Below the pieces are notes generated by a model, which was not told the origin of the DNA, did no database searches, and saw only the letters and a program-made list of their open reading frames with translations. Of a stretch of 32,000 nt of DNA, positions 26,803 through 32,000 are shown piece by piece. How positions within the stretch are numbered: position 1 is the first letter of the stretch; each line of letters starts with the position of its first letter. A program made the position numbers and the translations under genes. The DNA is from Synechocystis sp. PCC 6803 substr. PCC-P (GTDB taxonomy: Bacteria; Cyanobacteriota; Cyanobacteriia; Cyanobacteriales; Microcystaceae): NCBI RefSeq assembly GCF_000284455.1, contig NC_017039.1, positions 3,120,001 to 3,152,000 on the forward strand, in the 5' to 3' direction.

Positions 26803-29800
26803 TCACTGCACTTTGAACTGTTTAACCGCCTCTTGCAATGACTGGGCCACTGCCAACAGTTCCTTAAAGGTGGCAGATACCCCACTCGCTTCACTGGAGT
26901 TTTTATCCGCAATCTGGGCCACCAGAGCCATGGTCTGGGTCACCGATTCACTGGTTTGGGACTGCTCAATGGCCGCAGAGGTGATCGCTTCCACCAAGCC
27001 ACTAATCTGGGCACTCACCGCCGTAATTTGGTTCAAGCTCCGCCTGGTTTCTTCTACCAATTTGGTTCCCACCACTACCTGTTCGGTGCCCGCTTCCATG
27101 GCATTCACTACTTCATTCGTTTCCGCCTGAATTGTCGCCACCAATTGGGCAATTTCTGCCGTTGCTTCCGCTGATTGCCGTGCCAGGGAACGTACTTCAT
27201 CGGCTACCACCGCAAATCCCCGTCCTTCTTCACCAGCATGGGCGGCTTCAATGGCAGCATTTAGGGCTAGGAGGTTGGTTTGGTCAGCAAAGCTGCCAAT
27301 TAGGTTCACCACTTTGGAGATCTTTTGGGATGATTCCCCCAATCGCTTCACCTGTTTGGCGGTGGCGGCCACCGTTTCCCGAATTGCGACAATGCCATCC
27401 ACGGTGCGGTTCATGGCATCTTCCCCTTGGTCCACCGTTTGGGTCGCCCGTTGTACTGCTGATTCTGCTTGGGCAGCATTTTCTGCCACTGCTTGAATGG
27501 ACTTGTTCATGGCCTGAAGCCGCTCCAGGGCCTCTGCCACATCCAAGGCCTGGCGATTGGCTTGCTGGGCTAGTTGCCGCACTGCCACTTCGTTGGTGTC
27601 GGTGGTCTCAGTAAATTGACTAGCAGCGGTTTGTACTTGGGTTACAATGCGCCGCAGACTTTCAATAGTTGCGTTGTAGGAGTCGGCGATCGTGCCAATT
27701 TCGTCCTCGGTCACGTGGGCTCGGATGGTCAAGTCCCCTCGACTGACAGGGTCTACCTCCATCAGCAGTTCCAAGGCCCGCTTTTGCATTTTTTCACGCA
27801 TTTGTCGTTGTTCTACTTCGGCGATTTTCTGTTGGGCTAAGAGGTCGGAGCGTTCTAAAGCTAGTCCCACCTGCACAGTCAATTGGCCAAATAAATCAAT
27901 TTCATTCTGGTGCCAGTCCCTCGGCCCGGAGCACTGGTGGGCGATGAGTAGTCCCAGCAGATTGCCTTTGTAGTTGATGGGGGCGACAAGGTTGGCTTTG
28001 ACTTCAAAGGGTTTGAGCTGGCCAATGTGGCAGGGGGTCAGGCCGGCGTTGTAAATATCTCGGGTGGCTTGGATACGTCCAGAACGGTATTTTTCTACAT
28101 AACTATCAGCAAAGCAGGGGTCGGCAATGGTGGCCCCCAAGGCTTTGGGATATCCTTCTGCTACCGATTCCACAATTACTGTGCCGGCCCAGGTGGCATC
28201 GAACCGATAGACAATGACCCGGTCTGCTTTGAGCGCCAGACGAATTTCTTGGGCGGCGATGTCAAAAACCTGCTCGCTGTTGATGGCAGCGGAAATTTTC
28301 AGAGTCAATTCTTTAAGGATTTGGGCTTGCTGGGCGCTTTCATTTCTTTCCTGGATCAGGTTGGCCCGGTCCAGGGTGGTTTGTAGTTCTTCGGTCAACT
28401 GCTGAAGAAACTGTCTTTCCCTCATTTCCCACTGGTGGGGACGTTGGCAATGGTGGGCCATGAGCAGGCCGAGGGGGTAGTTATCCCGGTGTAGAGGTAC
28501 GGTCAAGCTCGCTTTGACTTGATGTTGCTCTAACCATTGGCGATGGGGGTTACTGATACTGGCACCGCTGGTGTCATTGATGGCAACGATCTGGGAAGGC
28601 ATATCTTCCTGGCCCCAGGGATGGGGATCTTTGCTGTCAATTAAACCTTGAGTGGTTAAGTCCAAAGCTTGCACTACCATGGCTTCAGGCTGATAGCGGG
28701 GATGGTAGTAAAACACTAGTCGCTCACAACCAAACAAAGCTCTGGCTTGGTCGAGGTTCTTCTGAATTACGCCTTGAATTTCGTCAATGTCGGAAAGGTT
28801 GGCCCGGGATAGTTCGGTCAGCAGTTCTGCTTGTTTAAGGGATAAATCCTGCTGGTGGCGCAATTTCTCCACCTGGGCACTGAGAGCATCAATGGTTTGG
28901 TCGGCGATCGCCAGTTCATCACCGGCCACGGCTAGAGGTTGGTCGAGGTTCCGGTGGGAATGCTTAGCTTTCAAGGCCAGGGCGGTTTGAGCTTTGGTAT
29001 TTTCCCCCACCATCCAGTAGGCAACGAAGGCAGCCCCCACCGCGGTCACCAAAAGCCCAATCAGAATTTGGTCACGGATTTGCTTAGTGGTGGAGTCCTT
29101 GACCTGTTGTTCCGTTTGGGGCACTGGAAGCCTGTCCACACTGCTGAGATTGAGCCCTCCAATCACCCCAGCGGGGATCAAACCAATTAACAGGGCTATC
29201 AACACAGCTTTATTGCGGAGGGAAAGTCCTCCACTTTGGGTAGGTGCCTGGATTGAGGTAGACATCGGACTCAAATTATCCGGGTCGGCGATCGCCATGA
29301 GGGGAGCCAGGGGTTGCATGGGGGGTAACTCCACCTTGGGCAAATTGATCGGGGGCGGCGGGGTCAACTCTACGGCCGATTGGGTCAGTGCGGCCAGGGC
29401 ATCGGTGTCAATGGCGGGGTTGGGGTTAGGGGAAACATCCTCCACGGCGGTATTTTCTGCTATAAAAGCCTCTGCCATGAACTCAGCCCCATCTATCTCC
29501 GGTTCCTCGGTCAAATTTTCCAGGGAAACCAATGTTTTTGCTTGTGTATCTGCCTGGATTCCACGGTCTGCCTCATCCCCGTTGATGTCAGTTTCCTTGC
29601 CATCGCTAAACCAATCCAGGGCATCCCCTACCTCACTTTTATCCTCTCCATCGATGGTGGCAAAAGAAGCGCTGGTTTCCGACGATTCGTCCTGGGCAGC
29701 GGCCGTGTCCGTCAACCCAGTAAAAAGAGCGCCATCAAGGGTCTCGCCATTGGCGACGGATTGGGCAGTGTCAGGACGGCGATCGGAGGAAGGATTTTGG

Positions 29801-29805
29801 GTCAT
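26803..29805 (-). CDS. pixJ1: Phototaxis photoreceptor PixJ1 (TaxD1): acidic N-terminal region, 2 TM helices, GAF1, cyanobacteriochrome GAF2, MCP signalling domain
   Basis: 1000 aa, ATG 29805. TM helices lie at about residues 199-219 and 246-266. GAF2 has DPCF plus TPCH. The C-terminal MCP tip reads [41 protein letters not shown]. Confidence 0.93.
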   Translation of the reverse strand: MTQNPSSDRRPDTAQSVANGETLDGALFTGLTDTAAAQDESSETSASFATIDGEDKSEVGDALDWFSDGKETDINGDEADRGIQADTQAKTLVSLENLTEEPEIDGAEFMAEAFIAENTAVEDVSPNPNPAIDTDALAALTQSAVELTPPPPINLPKVELPPMQPLAPLMAIADPDNLSPMSTSIQAPTQSGGLSLRNKAVLIALLIGLIPAGVIGGLNLSSVDRLPVPQTEQQVKDSTTKQIRDQILIGLLVTAVGAAFVAYWMVGENTKAQTALALKAKHSHRNLDQPLAVAGDELAIADQTIDALSAQVEKLRHQQDLSLKQAELLTELSRANLSDIDEIQGVIQKNLDQARALFGCERLVFYYHPRYQPEAMVVQALDLTTQGLIDSKDPHPWGQEDMPSQIVAINDTSGASISNPHRQWLEQHQVKASLTVPLHRDNYPLGLLMAHHCQRPHQWEMRERQFLQQLTEELQTTLDRANLIQERNESAQQAQILKELTLKISAAINSEQVFDIAAQEIRLALKADRVIVYRFDATWAGTVIVESVAEGYPKALGATIADPCFADSYVEKYRSGRIQATRDIYNAGLTPCHIGQLKPFEVKANLVAPINYKGNLLGLLIAHQCSGPRDWHQNEIDLFGQLTVQVGLALERSDLLAQQKIAEVEQRQMREKMQKRALELLMEVDPVSRGDLTIRAHVTEDEIGTIADSYNATIESLRRIVTQVQTAASQFTETTDTNEVAVRQLAQQANRQALDVAEALERLQAMNKSIQAVAENAAQAESAVQRATQTVDQGEDAMNRTVDGIVAIRETVAATAKQVKRLGESSQKISKVVNLIGSFADQTNLLALNAAIEAAHAGEEGRGFAVVADEVRSLARQSAEATAEIAQLVATIQAETNEVVNAMEAGTEQVVVGTKLVEETRRSLNQITAVSAQISGLVEAITSAAIEQSQTSESVTQTMALVAQIADKNSSEASGVSATFKELLAVAQSLQEAVKQFKVQ
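27850..28320 (-). other. PixJ1 GAF2: DXCF-type (two-Cys) cyanobacteriochrome bilin-binding domain
   Basis: Residues ~496-652. DPCF is encoded at 28111..28122 (Cys564). The canonical Cys592 of TPCH is encoded at 28030..28032, 28 residues downstream. Confidence 0.85.
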
Positions 29806-30066
29806 GGTTAAAACTTACCAGTTAGGCAACATGGGTAGGGCAGGGTGGACATCAGTACCTCAAGCACGGTAATGGCCCTTGGGTGGAGGTCTACCCTAAA
29901 GTCAAGGCGAGAAACACAAGCACTAAGAAGAAAACCGTAGTTGCTCCAGTCCTAGTTAGCTTGCCGATGGAGCGAGAATTCCAGTCAAAAGTGTAGAAAA
30001 TTTAGCCAATAATTAGCAAACTGATAGGTTGATTAGTTTAATAAATTCAATAAAAATCAATAAAAG

Positions 30067-30645
30067 TTAACTGGAGGCAGCCCGGGGAGTAGTCATCAGA
30101 CGACCCACAATAGCTTGGGCATCCAATACCACATACATTACCCCTGGAGGGCTGACCCAAAATCCCCGCACGTAGGGCGCAAGGTCTGAACCAATGCTGG
30201 CGGCAGGGGGAGATTGAATTTGATCCGTTTCACACCAGGTAATGTCCTTTACCTCTGTGACCACCAGTCCCAACATCTGGTTGCGTTGACCCGGCGATCG
30301 CCTTCGTTGGCTGGGATCAAGGTCGAAGGGGACGCCTCCATTTAAAATGATAACCCGATAGTTGGTACGGGAACCAGATTGGAGGTGCCAAGAGGTTAGC
30401 CCTAAAAAAGCGCCAAAATCAATCACCCAGAGCACGTCTCCCCGCCAATTATGAACCCCCATGGTCCAGGAAGGCATGTGGGGAATGGGGGTGATTTGTC
30501 CCAGGGGCACCGTCAGAATCTCCGTTAACTGAAACAGAGGCAAAATTAAGTTGGTGTCTGGTTCGAGGGTAAATTGCAAAAACTGCTGGCGGGGGACTTG
30601 GATATCACCCAGCATGGTATCAGAGGAAAAGGTGTTGGCTGGCAA
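30067..30645 (-). CDS. pixI: CheW-like coupling protein PixI (TaxW1)
   Basis: 192 aa. CheW pattern: QQFLQFTL..LILPLFQLTEILTVPLGQITPIPHMPSWTMGVHNWRGDVLWVIDFGAFLG. The start at 30645 is TTG, with AGGAG 8 nt upstream. The first ATG is at 30615. Confidence 0.85.
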   Translation of the reverse strand: MPANTFSSDTMLGDIQVPRQQFLQFTLEPDTNLILPLFQLTEILTVPLGQITPIPHMPSWTMGVHNWRGDVLWVIDFGAFLGLTSWHLQSGSRTNYRVIILNGGVPFDLDPSQRRRSPGQRNQMLGLVVTEVKDITWCETDQIQSPPAASIGSDLAPYVRGFWVSPPGVMYVVLDAQAIVGRLMTTPRAASS

Positions 30646-30782
30646 AACAGTTGCTCCTAAAAACCGTCCCAGGGGGGACCGGAAAAATCAATCAGCTTTA
30701 GTAACAGCTAATTCGTCCATCGGCTCGGGCATTGGTTAGCCGGAAAAAATTAACCGGAAAGAAAGCATGGGGGATATAAAGT

Positions 30783-31142
30783 TCAGATAAATTGCTTGAT
30801 TACCGTGTTGAACTCCTCTTGGTCAATGGGTTTAGTAATATAGGCGTCCGCCCCTTGGCGTTTGCCCCAAAATTTATCCATATCCGTGGCCTTAGTGGAA
30901 CAGAGGATTATTGGAATACTTTTAGTCCGGTCTTTGTCTTTCAATTCTCGACAAATTTCAAAACCACTGCGCCCCGGCAGCACAATATCTAAGATAATTA
31001 CGTCCGGCACTGCCTGGGAAAGTTTTTCCAGGGCTTCTTCTCCACTGATGGCGGTGGTGACGTTAATGCCTAGTTTCTGACAAAAATCACTGATAATTGA
31101 ACGTTCTGTAGAGGAATCGTCAATAACAAGTGCGCTGCCCAT
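30783..31142 (-). CDS. pixH: CheY-like single-domain response regulator PixH (TaxY1)
   Basis: 119 aa, ATG 31142. Receiver motifs: ALVIDDSSTER, DVIILDIVLPGRSGFE, ILCSTKATDMDKFWGKRQGADAYITKP. Confidence 0.9.
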   Translation of the reverse strand: MGSALVIDDSSTERSIISDFCQKLGINVTTAISGEEALEKLSQAVPDVIILDIVLPGRSGFEICRELKDKDRTKSIPIILCSTKATDMDKFWGKRQGADAYITKPIDQEEFNTVIKQFI

Positions 31143-31279
31143 AATGTTGCCTCAGTGCTTAATTAGTCGAAAAGTGAACGGTAAATAGTAAACAGTTATA
31201 GATCCTAAACCAAACCGCAAAAGTATTGGCCTGGAATCAAGGGAGACTCCACAATTTTCCGGGGCCTCCTTGGGTCAAG

Positions 31280-32000
31280 TTATTCCGCTGGCAGCGATGC
31301 CTGGTCATGGAGATGTTTTTTAATAGTCTGCAAAACCATGTCCGGGTTGACGGGCTTACTTAAAAAATCTGTGGAGCCGACCATTTTGGCCCGCACTCGG
31401 TCAACAATGCCATCATTGCCGGTGAGGATGACAATGGGAGTACTTTTGAAGATGGACAATTTACGCAATTGCCCACAAATTTCGTAGCCATTGGCGTTGG
31501 GCATGACCAAATCGAGGAAAATCAAATCCGGCTTCCGGGCCAGAAGAATGGCGATCGCCCGTAGGGGATCATTGATTCCTACAAACCGATAATTGGCTGT
31601 AGTAAGAATTTTTTCCATGGTTTGGCAGATCAAAGGACTGTCATCCACACAGGCGATCAGGGGACCACTGGGCACATCAGGCTGAGCCACCACGCCCCTC
31701 ACTGGGGGCGCAATGGGCGGGGGCAAATCGGGAATTTTAATCAATTCCACCAACCCCAACTGTAGATAGGGCAACAAAGAAGTGGTCACACTCAGCACAT
31801 CTCGCTTCATCCGCACCGACAAGTCCCGAAGGGACTGATTACCATCCAGCAACTGTTTGAGGGTTTGGTATACCTGGGGAGTGGTGCGTTGCTGTAACTG
31901 TTCCGCCTGACGAATGATAGGGGCCGCATTGGGGGAGCGGTCTGCAATCTTGGCCCCCTGCCATTTGCTCCATAACTGCTGGGATTCCGCAATCATCTGA
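31280..32000 (-). CDS. pixG: PatA-type response regulator PixG (TaxP1): C-terminal receiver plus the end of the N-terminal PATAN region; probably 5'-truncated by the window
   Basis: The receiver reads LIACVDDSPLICQTMEKIL...DLIFLDLVMPNANGYE...ILTGNDGIVDRVRAKMVGSTDFLSKP. Only ~110 aa precede it, whereas PatA-type proteins carry a much longer N-terminal domain. The frame is still open at position 32000, but ATG 31996 cannot be excluded as the start. Confidence 0.8.
   Translation of the reverse strand, partial: QMIAESQQLWSKWQGAKIADRSPNAAPIIRQAEQLQQRTTPQVYQTLKQLLDGNQSLRDLSVRMKRDVLSVTTSLLPYLQLGLVELIKIPDLPPPIAPPVRGVVAQPDVPSGPLIACVDDSPLICQTMEKILTTANYRFVGINDPLRAIAILLARKPDLIFLDLVMPNANGYEICGQLRKLSIFKSTPIVILTGNDGIVDRVRAKMVGSTDFLSKPVNPDMVLQTIKKHLHDQASLPAE

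Larger units (their letters stand above)
1..32000. repeat. Dispersed HIP1 palindromes (GCGATCGC), roughly 30 copies by eye
   Basis: Examples lie near 221, 410, 570, 1701, 3729, 7300, 8081, 8877, 11873, 12847, 13857, 14288, 14753, 14948, 15584, 15907, 16152, 16629, 18288, 18905, 19234, 20953, 21288, 21497, 22906, 24498, 25249, 25512, 28903, 29288, 30294 and 31551. They fall in genes and spacers alike, often as GGCGATCGCC. Confidence 0.9.

Noticed and set aside
29087-29872. 261-aa plus-strand ORF antisense to the pixJ1 5' region, together with similar long antisense ORFs at 25264..25959, 27132..27614, 12425..12877, 8126..8671 and 1771..2349
   Set aside because: All are mirror frames of strongly supported genes. 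Their products are Ser/Ala/Pro/Arg-rich and lack any domain signature. Long antisense ORFs are a common by-product of biased codon usage.
30646-31279. The pixG-pixH and pixH-pixI spacers are both exactly 137 nt, and CCGGAAA occurs three times (30679, 30740, 30754) in the second one
   Set aside because: The two spacers share no obvious sequence similarity, so the equal length looks coincidental. The short CCGGAAA repeats are too small and irregularly spaced to call an operator without further data.
1-32000. Search for CRISPR arrays, IS elements or transposases, integrases, tRNA/rRNA genes, restriction-modification or toxin-antitoxin pairs
   Set aside because: I saw no regularly spaced direct repeats, no terminal inverted repeats flanking an ORF, no DDE, tyrosine- or serine-recombinase motifs, and no cloverleaf-like segments in the spacers. 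The only nuclease-fold gene (Uma2) is solitary.

Overview
This looks like chromosomal DNA of a Synechocystis sp. PCC 6803-type cyanobacterium. By eye there are roughly 30 copies of the HIP1 octamer GCGATCGC, about one per kb, and Psb30/Ycf12, NifJ, SPS and the pixGHIJ1J2L (tax1) phototaxis locus are all recognisable. I call 23 protein genes, 20 of them on the minus strand. In window order they are: mraY (partial); an MscS-family channel; pfkA, a DHOD-like gene, two DUF29 genes and nifJ, which form one co-directional minus-strand string transcribed nifJ -> DUF29 -> DUF29 -> DHOD-like -> pfkA; a Uma2-family nuclease; the modBC and modA molybdate transporter genes; a large Wzy_C/TPR membrane protein just upstream of modA; a GAF-GGDEF(degenerate) protein; psb30; a YkgJ-type Cys-cluster protein; sps; one hypothetical; and the chemotaxis-like phototaxis cluster (CheW-like ORF, pixL, pixJ2, pixJ1, pixI, pixH, pixG partial). 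I saw no rRNA, tRNA, CRISPR array, transposase, integrase or phage genes. Most of this window is well-studied core genome, and I do not see a convincing undescribed multi-gene system. Four items deserve a second look. (i) A probable small RNA with a Yfr1-type CUCCUCACAC motif and a clean intrinsic terminator lies in the 16.44-16.74 kb gap. (ii) Two AT-rich tandem DUF29 genes and a DHOD-like flavoprotein lacking the catalytic Ser/Cys loop are embedded between nifJ and pfkA. (iii) A GAF protein carries a degenerate GGDEF signature (GEREF). (iv) The pix locus has little-discussed accessories: an extra CheW-like ORF, a sensor-less mini-MCP and a duplicated Hpt module in PixL. All product calls rest on motif recognition by eye; no database search was run. 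The supplied ORF track uses TTG as well as ATG starts, so several N-termini are ambiguous.
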